Shown: positions 53,796-64,000 of the stretch, piece by piece
Layout: each line of letters begins with the position of its first letter
Position numbering within the stretch: position 1 is the first letter of the stretch
Origin: Geosiphon pyriformis uo1
Lineage: Eukaryota; Fungi; Glomeromycota
DNA length: 64,000 bases
NCBI GenBank assembly: GCA_016748015.1
Contig: JAAOMT010000591.1
Span: 4,933 to 68,932, forward strand
Direction of reading: 5' to 3'
The notes under the pieces: generated by a model
Databases searched by the model: none
What the model was told of the DNA's origin: nothing
Seen by the model: only the letters and a program-made list of their open reading frames with translations
Made by a program: the position numbers and the translations under genes

Positions 53796-54780
53796 TGTTA
53801 CTAAAGGTTTTTGGTCTTTTCTTAGCTCTTGTATGTTTGTTGTAATGCTGTTAATTCACGACTATGGGAAGTGTTTGAACCTCCGATAACTGAATTTTTT
53901 CTTCAAATTATCTCCTATAATTTGAACTGCTGGACTTATAAGTGGAATGGCCAATTCCGTGCCAATTGCTTTATGTAGTTACGTTGTAGTAAATGTCAAC
54001 TCTTTTCCAGGAATTGCTTGTCTGGAAGCTCACTAAAAATGTGTAGTTACTTTGCTGTGAAAGTCAACTCTTCTACAGGAATTTTGTCTGTAGGCTACCT
54101 TAATGATTATAATAAGAAAATAAAATAAAGAAAATAAAAAAATGTAAAAAAAATAGAATTCTGTCAAGGAAAACGTTTTTTATCCAGGCCTGAAGTCACT
54201 AACAGTTTACTGAAATTGGTAGCTAATCAATTTCAAAACATTAGTTGGGTTTTTGGAGATTTTCCAAGTGCAATATTTTAAAAAAATTGGTTTTTCAAAT
54301 TATTTGATATTTTATTTCTTTTTGTGTATGTAGGAATGATTCTAAGTGATAAATCTAAAATAAGATACATTTTTTTGAAGAGAAAAGCTCTTCTTTTATA
54401 CAACTTATTGTATCACTATTTTATGAACTTAAACTTTGTTTTTTTCTACAATTTTGCTGAATTAAAGATACATTTTGGTGAACTACAAGTTATTTCTGCA
54501 AACTATTAGATATTTTGGTGAACTATCAATTATTTCGGCAAATTTCTACAAATTTTGGCAAACTTTTGAATGTTACATATTTTGGGATATTGTATGATTG
54601 ATCATCGCAATTAGGTTACATTTGTGTTATGTACAAATTGGATTATTAATTAAGTGATAATTTTGGACATTTTGCTAACGTAATAAGTGATAATTTGAAA
54701 TAATAATATATGCTAATTAATAATAGAAATTATAAAGATAATTTCATGCTAAATAATATTTCTAATTTCATCTGGTAACA
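53796..54780 (-). repeat. 3' LTR of element B
   Basis: TGTTAC...GGTAACA termini; direct repeat of 62652-63636. Confidence 0.95.
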
Positions 54781-55467
54781 TAACTTCCTCCTCAAGACTG
54801 AGCTCCATCAAAGTCCAAGTACTGTCTGTAATTTCCAGATAATAATCCAAAATTATTGAAGAAATTTGGTCTGAAAATTGTTGAAATTTCAGTTCTGTGA
54901 GCTTTCCAATGTATTGAATCTTTAAAGGTTGTAAAATTGGGTTTTGTAGGACGTTTTCACAAGTGTGGAATAGGTCATAAAGTCTAAGAGCAGCTCTTAG
55001 TTTATAATGACTGTTTGTAGGTCCAGCTGTTGTCTTGAATTTGTTGTGGAGTTGTTTCCAAATAGCTTCTTTTGTGAAGTTTGCTGTTGTAAACTCCTAT
55101 TTTTGTTCGTGAAGTGTTTTTCCAATGTAGAAATATCTATATATTAGAGTATAGTCATAGTTTTCTTCATTAAGACACAGTTGAAGTTTTTGTTGAATAG
55201 TAGCATTTGGTGGAATACTAATAGAAGTGAGCATTAAGTTTTTTTTAAAGCAAGCTTTAAAAGTTCTGGCAGGTGAATTTCAGAATAACTTTTTGTATTC
55301 TTTTTATATGGGTGATATTTTCGTGAATTTGGGGCTAAATTTGTAACTACTTTTGTTTGGGTATAATTAATGTGGTTTTCAGTAACAGTAATAAATAATT
55401 CGGGTATTGTTTTTAAAGCTAACATTAGTTTTTGGGATAATTGTTGAATGTTTTGAGGAATAGTCAT
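54749..55467 (-). pseudogene. Extra ORF3 of unknown function between integrase and 3' LTR
   Basis: Reading MTIPQNIQQL...YRYFYIGKTL...LRAALRLYDLF...IQYIGKLTELKFQQF...ELSLEEEVML requires 2 frameshifts and 1 stop, and runs through the PPT into the LTR. Confidence 0.6.
54781..54795 (-). promoter_or_regulatory. Polypurine tract of element B
   Basis: Minus strand reads TTGAGGAGGAAGTTA immediately before the 3' LTR. Confidence 0.8.
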
Positions 55468-55589
55468 TATAAGAGATTTGAAAATAAAAGAAAATTATTT
55501 TTGGTGTATGGGTTTTTATGTTATTTTTGCTTTGTTTTTGTGAGATTGTTTTTAAATTATAAGAAGATAACTATAATAATAAATTTAAG

Positions 55590-56974
55590 TTAAGTGTTCA
55601 AGTTGGGAGATTGTTCAATGACAACTATTGGTTCTAAATTTTGGAGAATATCTTCGGGATTGATTAAAGAGGAATGTGTACCAATTTGTGGAATTAATGG
55701 TTCAGGATTGTTTCTGGAATTATAGTGTTTCAAACAATCTCTATGTGCAACTTTTGCTAGGATTTTGTTATCAAGTCTTAGCTTATATGATTTGTTGCCT
55801 AAGACTTCATAGATAAAAAATAGTCTATCCTATTTATTTTCAAATTTTCTACTTCATTGTTTTCAGCTTTAATTCTGTGTAAGAGAACTTTGTTTCTGAT
55901 TTTAAATTCATTGGTAACTGGGGGCAATTTGTTGTCATGCCATTTTTTTTGTTGAGCTTGGGAGTGTTTAATATGGGTGGCTGCTATTCATCATTTTCCT
56001 TCCAATGTGCTAAGCAGAGTATAGGCTCTTCATTATAGTGTTTTCTGAAAGTTGTCTTTATTAATTGGTTGTACTGGATATATTTCCATTGTGAAACTAA
56101 TTGGTAATGTTGTTGTCCTTCCATAGGTTAAATCAAATAGTGTGTGTTTTGTGGTATCTTGTTTTAGTGTTCTATATACTAGTAACACTGATGGAATAAA
56201 GAGATTCCATTCTTGCTCAAAATCGGTTGAGACTTTGGCTAATGATTCACACAATGTTCTGTTGAAATGTTCTACAAGTTTATTTGTTTGTGGATGATAG
56301 GGTGAAGATAATGGTCTCTTAACATTAAATTGTTCACAAATTTCCTGAATTAAATTGTTCATGAAATGTGTTCCTTGATCAGATAAAAGTTCTATTGGGC
56401 ATCCATGTTTACAAATGATGTCTTTGTAGATAAAGTTTGCTACTGATTTCACATCTGCTTATTGAATGGCTCTGGCTTCAGGCCATTTGGTGAGATAGTC
56501 TACAGCTACTACAATATAACAGTTTCCTTGGTTTGTGATAGATAGTGGTCTGACTAAATTGATACCAACTCAGTCAAAAGGCTGTTCAACTTTGATTGAG
56601 TTTAAAGGTTCTGTAGGACGAGTTTCTTCTTTTTTTTAACAACTATCACAAGACTTAATATATTCATGAATGTCTTTTCTTATTTGAGGCCAAAAGTAAT
56701 ATTCTAGTGTTCTCTGGGTGGTGCTGTCTTTTTCTAGGTGTGCTGATGAAGGGTCTGAGTGCATGTTATATAAAATGGTTTCTTTTTTATGTTCTTGTAT
56801 TAATCTGAGTGGATTGTCTGGGTTTCTGAAGTTTTGATAATAAATCATGTTGTTGTGTAAGAAGTATTGTTTGGCTTGTTATTGTAACTGATGTTTTTTA
56901 TCTGAGGACCAATCTGTTGGAATTGTTAATATCTCCAAATATTGTTTAAGATTGTTGTAGTTTTTGGGGTTCAT
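55590..56974 (-). pseudogene. Integrase of element B as a separate ORF
   Basis: Own ATG (MNPKNY), HHCC zinc domain (MHSDPSSAHL...CDSC), DDE core (LSDQGTHF, YHPQTNKLVE), GPY/F-like C-terminus; no chromodomain seen. Confidence 0.88.
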
Positions 56975-57020
56975 TGTTTGTTGTTTTGTTATTAATTCAA
57001 ATAGGTGTTGGTTTTGTATT

Positions 57021-60000
57021 CTAATCTTGTCTCATTCTTGAGAGACAATCAATGTTGATATGGAGTTTTCCTGGTTTGTGGTATACAATGTATTGGTAGT
57101 TGGCTAGAAATCCTGTCCATCGGGTTTGTTTGGCATTCAGCTGAGTGTTTTTATTTTGAAGTCATTTAAGTCCAATATTATCAGTGATAATGTCGAATTC
57201 TTTAGGCCTGAGATAAAGGTTGAAGTGGTGTAAGGCCCAAATTACGGCTGCTGTTTCTAGTTCTGTGGCAGGGTAGTTTTTTTCGGCTGGTTTTAATGTT
57301 CTGCTAGCATAAGCGATTACTCGCTCATTTCCATTGTCATCTAATTGTAATAAAATGACACCAAAGGCAGTGTAAAAAGTGTCTGTAGCTAGTTGAAATT
57401 GGTTACTAAAGTCTGAATAGGCGAGAATTGAAGCTGTTGTCAGTTTTTCCTTGAAAATTTCAAAAGCTTTTTGGTGTTTTTTCATCTATTTGTATTCAAC
57501 ATTTTTAGTAGTGAGCTGGTTGAGGGGTTTTGCAATTTCTGAGAATCCTTTAATAAATTTTCGGTAATAGGATGTTAATCCAATAAATCCTCTTAATTCT
57601 GTGGTATTTTGTGGAGTCTTGAAGTTTTTGACAGTGCTGATTTTTCTGGAGTTTGGTTTAATTCTATCTTTGCTAACAATGTAACCAAGAAAGACCAAAC
57701 TCATTTTTCCAAAGTGGCATTTTTCAATGTTTAGTTTCAATCCTGTTTTCCATAATTGTTGAAAAACTTTGCACAGGTGTTTTAAGTGTAATTCAAAAGA
57801 TGGTAAATAAACATCAGTATTATCGAGATAGACAACTACTGATTTCCAAAGGAGGCCTTTGTAAACAACATTCATGAGTCTTTGGAATGTTGCTGGTGCA
57901 TTGCATAATCCAAAAGACATTACATTGAACTCATAATTTCCTCCTTGAGTAGTGAATGCTGTTTTGGGGTGATTTTTGGGATCTATGACAACTTGCCAGT
58001 ATCCACTCTCTAAATCTAATGTCGAAAAGTATTTGGACTTTTCAAGAGCATCTAGCATGTCATCAATTCAGGAAAGAGGGTAGGCATTTTCAATAATAAC
58101 ACTGTTAAGTTGTCAATAATCAACACAAAATCGTATCTTTCCATTTTTCTTTTTAACTAAGACTACAGGTGAAGCCCATGAACTCATTGATAGTTGAATA
58201 AGCCCATTGTTGAGCATTCATTGTACTTTTTTGCGGATAAATTAGTGACTTTCTGGAGCAACTCGGTAGGCTTGCTGTCATCTTGGTTTGGCATCTTCTG
58301 TATAGATTTGGTATTGAACCAAATCAGTTCTTCCTAAGTCATTGTTGTTTTTGGCAAAGATATCAGCAAATTCTGCAATTAGCTTTTTGAGCTGGCTCTG
58401 TTGTTGTGGTTCAAGTTGTCCCATGTTGATTCGAGATAGTTTTTTCATAACAACATGATAGTTTTTAGAGCTAGAGTTTGGGTTGATTTTTGGTAGTAAA
58501 TGTCCAATAATTTTTGAGAAATTGAGAACTATTTGGGGTAGTTCTTGTTGAAAGATATTACTGTGAATAACTCCAATTTCTAAGTTATTTAATAAAACTA
58601 TGGGGAAATTGTTGGGATTGTAAAAAGTAACTCAGATTCTTTTTGTTCCTTCTGGAATATAAATGTTTGGGATCAAGATATTATGTTTTAAGCAGATTTG
58701 TTTGTTGGACTCAAAAATTTGTTGTGTGGTTGTTGGCTTTTCACAAGTGTAAATTTCAGGGTGTTTTCCAAAGAGTGAAATGGTAATTAGTTGTGGAAGT
58801 CATAAAATCTGGTGAGATTCTTTCTGTTTATTGAGGGCTATGTTTACTAAAACTGTGAATCGTCCAGTTGAACCAAAATCTTGGGTTCCTCTTTCACTTT
58901 TTCTTAATAGTTCTCTTTGATTGACTAATTGTAAACCCGAAATGTTGATTAAGGGTAAATAAATGGCTTGGGCAATTTTCTTGGCATGTTCAATCTTAAA
59001 TGGCTTGTCAGTTTCGTTTTGGAGTATTACTGTTATGTCACCAGTATATCCAGTATCAATTATTTCTCCTCTAACATTAATTCTTTTGCTTGCCAGAGAA
59101 GACCGAGAGGCAATTTGAACCATTGCTCCTGGCAGGATTTCGAGAACAATTTTGATGTTGATTTTTGTGAGAGATTTGGGTTTGAGAATAAGAGTATCCT
59201 TGTCTGGATATCTTAGGTCATATCCAGTATCAATTTCATGTGTTTTTTCAGGTTTTATTCCTTGTTTATTGTTGTTGAAGTATTTGTGTTGTAAGACAGG
59301 CTGATTTTTGATAAGATAGATAGATGTTGTTTCAATTTCTTTTGTTGCTTTAGATTCTCCAAATTCAATTTCGTATTCATTACTTTCGCAGGACAAGGGA
59401 ATGCTAAGAGCATAGCATTCAGAACACTATTGTTCATCACAAGACATTATGCATTCCTTACATAATTTAATATTTATTTGTTCTAGCTGTTGAGCTTGAG
59501 CTTCTTTAGTCGGGTAGGTGTGACTTGTGATTTGATGATACACTTCTACTTCTACTTCATCTTCATAATCAAATTCAGCTAATTCCATGGTGTATTCAAT
59601 GTATTCTGCTTCTTTTATTTGACAAACATCTTCTTTGGTAGCTTCATTAACTAATACTATTGCTAGGTTGAAAATCATCTCAGTATTATGGGAGTAGTGA
59701 TAAAATTTGTTGAGAGCATTGTTGTATGCTGCATCAAAAAGTGTTCCTCTTTTGACTTTTTCTGAAATTAATAAAGCATATTGGCAGGTTTGATTGCAGA
59801 CTTCTCCTCTCATTGCTACATCAATCTAATTATATTCTTCTAGTAGCATATCTCCACAAGTTAAACAAAGGGTGTTGTCCTATTTTCCGCTTCTTTTTAT
59901 TAGATGGCTCTATTGTTCTCTGTGGCAAGCTCTGCAGTAATAACAAGTATGATTTTCATATTCTTTTTCAGGTGAAATACAGGCTCCCATTGAAGAGAGT

Positions 60001-62606
60001 TTCTTGTAGCAGTCCTTGCATTTGAGTAGAATGTAAGAGTGTCATTTCTTTGGTTCTGGTTTAGAATATGATATGTTCCATCCAGGGGTTTCTGGTTCCT
60101 CTGGATATGAGTTTGTTGCAAAATATGTTTGCTCAGTTTCTTCAGCCCAGTTAGATGTTGATTCAAGTGCCATAAATGTTTCGACTACAGGCTTTTTTTC
60201 CTCTTTTTCAAATTCAAAGACAGGAGCTTTCTCTGATTGTTTGTTGAATGTACTACAAGTAGCAGGTACTCGGGCATGTTGTTCTTGATAGGAGAATTGT
60301 AATTCTTGGGTTTCCCAGTCTAATTTTGCATTGGCTTTTTGAAGCCAATCATTTCTGACAAGAGCTTGATACTGGGGTGCATCTATTACAAGAACTTTGA
60401 CTGGAATGGTAATTCCATCAAGAGTGAACAAAAAATTGTCAATTTCTCCTACTGGAGTCTTTTTCATGCCATCGACAGTAACAATTACTGTTTGAGCTGG
60501 TCAGTCAACATTTCTGTTTAACTGTTGCATTAACTAGTAGGTGATGATGCTTCCAGCGGATCCACTGTTTAGAATCAAGTGAATTGCCTTTCCTTCGACT
60601 TCTGCTTCAGTGTACATAGCAGTGATTGCTTTTTGTTTGTTGGCAGCTGCATTGCTAAGCATGAATGGTGACTCATTTGTTTTGAACTCAAAAGGGAATA
60701 TATTTGAAAGGTTGGCATTTTCAGCAATTCTGGCTGGTGGGATTGTGGTAGAAGTATAGAAAGGGTTTTGTTGTCGTGCTGCAGCTCTACCTTCCGAGAG
60801 TGCAGTATGATGAAGGGTGGGTCTTGGCTAAGCTAGATTTTGGGGAACTAATTGGTTATTTGAGTTGATTCTGTTGTTGTTTGTTGCAAATCGGTTTTGT
60901 GATGCAAATTGGTTTTGTTAAACCAATCTTCAAGCAGATACTTGGTAATGTTGAATGGGTTGTCAATACTGTTGTTGCATTGGCTGTGAAGCAGGTTGAT
61001 AATAGTCAGTTTGATATTGTGGTCTTGGTGGATAGTAAGCTGGTGGTAGTGATGGTTGGTAATAAGATTGTTGTGGCGAAGAGTAACATTAATTATTCCT
61101 GTTCTGTTGGTCTCATTGTAGCTTCCTGCAATTTTTTTTTCAGTGGCCAGAAATTCCACAGTAATGGCAATTCTGAGGCTGGTTATTAGAAGATGATGTG
61201 AAGTTGTTTTGATTCCGTTTTTGGGGTGGTTAATATCTTTGAGATTGCTGTTGTTGTTGGTTGGTGAAATAGTTTTCGACTTTCTTTGTGAATTGGTCAA
61301 TTTTCTCTTCAGCTGCTGAGCTGGTCTCTCCAATGGCTAAGTTCACAAGTTTTGTATGATTGGCTTCTTCCATAGCCATTTCATATCTCTTTGCATGCTA
61401 AATGGCAGAGTTCAAATCTTCTAGGGCATGTGGGTGAACCTTTTTAATCAGTTTATTCTTTAAACCAGTGATAAATTGATCCAAGATTTGAGCATCGGAA
61501 TAATAATCATTAGTTTCAAGTTGGCGAATTCATCTGAGAAGTTTGTTGAATTTCCCAATATAAGTCATGACAGATTCGGAGGGTTCTTGTTTGATATTGC
61601 GAAAACGATTTCGAAGTGTAATTGAGGTGTTGTTATCAGTGAATTATTCTAAGAAGGCAGTTTTGAAAGCTGTTCAGTCATTAAAAGGGGTGGTCAAGTT
61701 TTCGAACCATTTGCCTGCTGTTCCTTTGAGAAAGTAGAAAATTGTTCTTAACATTCTGGCAGCATTCCATCTATTTGCATCTCCAGCTTTAGTAACTTGG
61801 TCGAGCCATTCTTGGGGACTGGTCTCAATGTTTTCTCCATTAAATTCAGGGATTTTTGCAATATATGCTGTCATTTTGTCTTTTTCATTTTCACTGTCTA
61901 TTGATTCTTTTTCAGATATTTTAGAGTTGTTTTCTTCATTCACTGCTGTCTCAGAGTGTTTACTTCGATTTTCAGCTAGAAAGTCAAGGAGATTGGAACT
62001 AGTTTAAAAGAGTTCTTGTTGTCTGGTGGGACTTCTGGGTGATGTAAAATCTTCTAGTTTTGCAAATCGATTTAAGGGTAAATTAGGTGTTTGTGCTTGT
62101 GCAAGTGAAGCTGGAAAAGGTGTGATAGTAAGTGGAAGTTTTAAACTGGTTCCTTATTCAGGTGTTTGTAAGTATTTGGCAGTTGTTTTTGGTAGTATTG
62201 GAGTATTTGGAGTGGTTTTTGAGTATTGCTTCAATTTTTGTTTGTCTTTGTTGCTTGTTTTTATCTCTAATTCAAAATCAATAGAGTATTGAGACTGTAC
62301 TGAATATGTTTCTTTACAGTACTTGATAATGTTAAAATTAAGTTCTTGAAAGTAAGTGGCAAGTGTTTTACTGTTAAGATCTTCAATTCCCAACTGTGAA
62401 TAGTGTACTAAATTATTGTAAAGATTGCTTCTAACTTCTGAGATATTGTAATTTCCAAAAAGATAATTGTTGATATGGTTTTCAATGTATTGGTATACTG
62501 ATTTCTTGACAACTTCAATTCCGTCTGGAATGTTGAATCTTTGCTTGCAGTGGATGTAAATTGACTGATAATACTCTAGAGTTGTTGCATCTGGTATGAT
62601 TGCCAC
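57021..62606 (-). pseudogene. gag-pol of element B (CA, CCHC, protease, Cys-rich domain, dUTPase, RT, RNase H)
   Basis: IAKIPEFNG...EWLDQV capsid, CHYCGISGH knuckle, LILNSGS protease, dUTPase 58860-59300 (DTGYDL; QIASRSS; IIDTGYTGDI; RGTQDFGSTG), RT (LDLESGYWQV; YLDN), RNase H ending DCLSRMRQD*. Confidence 0.92.
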
Positions 62607-62633
62607 TTTAAAGTTGTTTTTGCTGTGTTGTTT

Positions 62634-62649
62634 CTGTGGGAGAGCACCA
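62634..62649 (-). promoter_or_regulatory. Primer binding site of element B
   Basis: Minus strand: LTR...GTAACA-tt-TGGTGCTCTCCCACAG, complementary to a tRNA ending GAGAGCA-CCA. The tRNA identity was not determined. Confidence 0.85.
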
Positions 62650-62651
62650 AA

Positions 62652-63636
62652 TGTTACCAGAGGTTTTTGGTCTCTTCTTAGCTCTTGTATGTTTGTTGTA
62701 GTGCTGTTAATTCATAACTATGGGAAGTGTTTGAATCTCTGATAACTGAATTTTTTCTTCAAATTATCTCCTATAATTTGAACTGCTGGACTTATAAGTG
62801 GAATGGCCAATTTTATGCCAGTTGCTTCATGTAGTTACATTGTAGTAAATGTCAACTCTTTCCCAGGAATTGCTCATCTGAAAGCTCACTAAAAATGTGT
62901 AGTTACTTTGCTGTGAAAGTCAATTCTTTTACAGGAATCTTGTCTGTAGGCTACTCTAATGATTATAATAAGAAAATAAAAGAAAGAAAATAAAGAAATG
63001 TAAAAGAAATAGAATTCTGTCAAGGAAAACGTTTTCTATTCAGGCCTAAAGTCACTAACAGTTTACTGAAATTGGTAGCTAATCAATTTCAAAACATTAG
63101 TTGGGTTTTTGGAGATTTTCCAAGTGCAATATTTTAAAAAAATTGGTTTTTCAAATTATTTGATATTTTATTTCTTTTTGTGTATGTAGGAATGGTTCTA
63201 AGTGATAAATCTAAAATAAGATACATTTTTTTGAAGAGAGAAGCTCTTTTTTTATACAACTTATTGTATCACTATTCTATAAACTTGAACTTTGTTTTTT
63301 TCTACAATTTCACTGAACTAAAGATATATTTTGGTAAACTACAAGTTATTTCTGCGAACTATTAGATATTTTGGTGAACTATCAATTATTTCAGTGAATT
63401 TCTACAAATTTCGGCAAACTTTTGAATGTTACATATTTCAGGATATTACATGATTGATCATCACAATTAGGTTACATTTGTGTTATATACAAATTGGGTT
63501 ATTAATTAAGTGATAATTTCGAATATTTTGGTAATGTAATAAGTGATAATTTGAAATAATAATATATGCTAATTAATGATAGAAATTATAAAGATAATTT
63601 CATGCTAAATAATATCTCTAATTTCGTCTGGTAACA
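62652..63636 (-). repeat. 5' LTR of element B
   Basis: TGTTACC...GGTAACA termini; adjacent to the PBS. Confidence 0.95.
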
Positions 63637-64000
63637 ATATTTTAAAGAGATATTATCTCAACAAGAACAAAATACCATATGAAAACAAGTCTGAAATTAT
63701 TTTATTTAAGACAACTAACTATATTGATGAGAATGCTAAAACTGCCCCACCTCACAACAAGTTATAAAAAATAATAATAAAAAAACTATATTACATAGTA
63801 TGCATTCTGATCCAACTGTAGAATACTTTAACAAAGATGCTACCTTCAAAAGAACCCTAAATTTATACTATTGGCCAACAATATACAAAGACATTTTCAA
63901 ATACATGCTCAATTATGACTTATGTTAGCAAAGAAGAGAAGTAAAATTAACAGAACCACTTCAATTCATTCCAGTTGAAAATTTATTTGATAGAATTAGA
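63637..64000 (+). pseudogene. Continuation of element A integrase (HHCC domain)
   Basis: KTILHSMHSDPTVEYFNKDATFKRTLNLYYWPTIYKDIFKY...EPLQFIPVENLFDRI is homologous to the N-terminus of element B's integrase. Confidence 0.88.

Larger units (their letters stand above)
53796..63636 (-). mobile_element. Full-length Ty3/Gypsy element B nested in element A
   Basis: Two ~985-bp LTRs, a PBS, a PPT and a 4-bp TSD ACAT (53792-53795) / ATAT (63637-63640, one C>T). The flanks rejoin into element A's integrase. Confidence 0.95.
47007..64000 (+). mobile_element. Ty3/Gypsy element A (decayed, interrupted by element B, runs past the window end)
   Basis: Order LTR-PBS-gag-PR-Cys-rich-dUTPase-RT-RNaseH, then an integrase that starts at 53745 and resumes at 63637. 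Confidence 0.88.

Noticed and set aside
54324-54509. Duplicated 61-aa ORF (also 63180-63365)
   Set aside because: Lies within the LTRs on the antisense strand, has a non-ATG start, and is not conserved in the solo LTR.

Overview
Eukaryotic, very AT-rich fungal DNA with short GT-AG introns. The MATA-type HMG gene and the transposon families suggest Glomeromycotina (AM fungi / Geosiphon-like); this assignment is an inference. Layout: (1) 1-23.5 kb is an AT-rich transposon graveyard holding one intronless HMG-box gene, two decayed Tc1/mariner remnants, 5'-truncated LINE copies, a solo LTR and an hAT transposon with an intact 8-bp TSD. (2) 23.7-43 kb is a gene island: a cytochrome P450, tRNA-Ser(AGA), an SSH4-like SPRY membrane protein, UBR1, tRNA-Leu(CAG) and HEL2/ZNF598. 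(3) 43.4-64 kb is a retroelement nest: a LINE ORF2 fragment, a TSD-flanked ORF1-only 'half-LINE', and two Ty3/Gypsy elements, one inserted into the integrase of the other. The most notable observations are: the ORF1-only retroposon sharing a stem-loop 3'UTR with the local LINEs; the unusual Gypsy architecture (Cys-rich domain plus dUTPase between protease and RT, integrase in a separate +1-frame ORF, an extra ORF before the 3' LTR, an anti-PBS hairpin in U5); and transition-only C>T/G>A decay of the repeats. All alignments and counts were done by eye.
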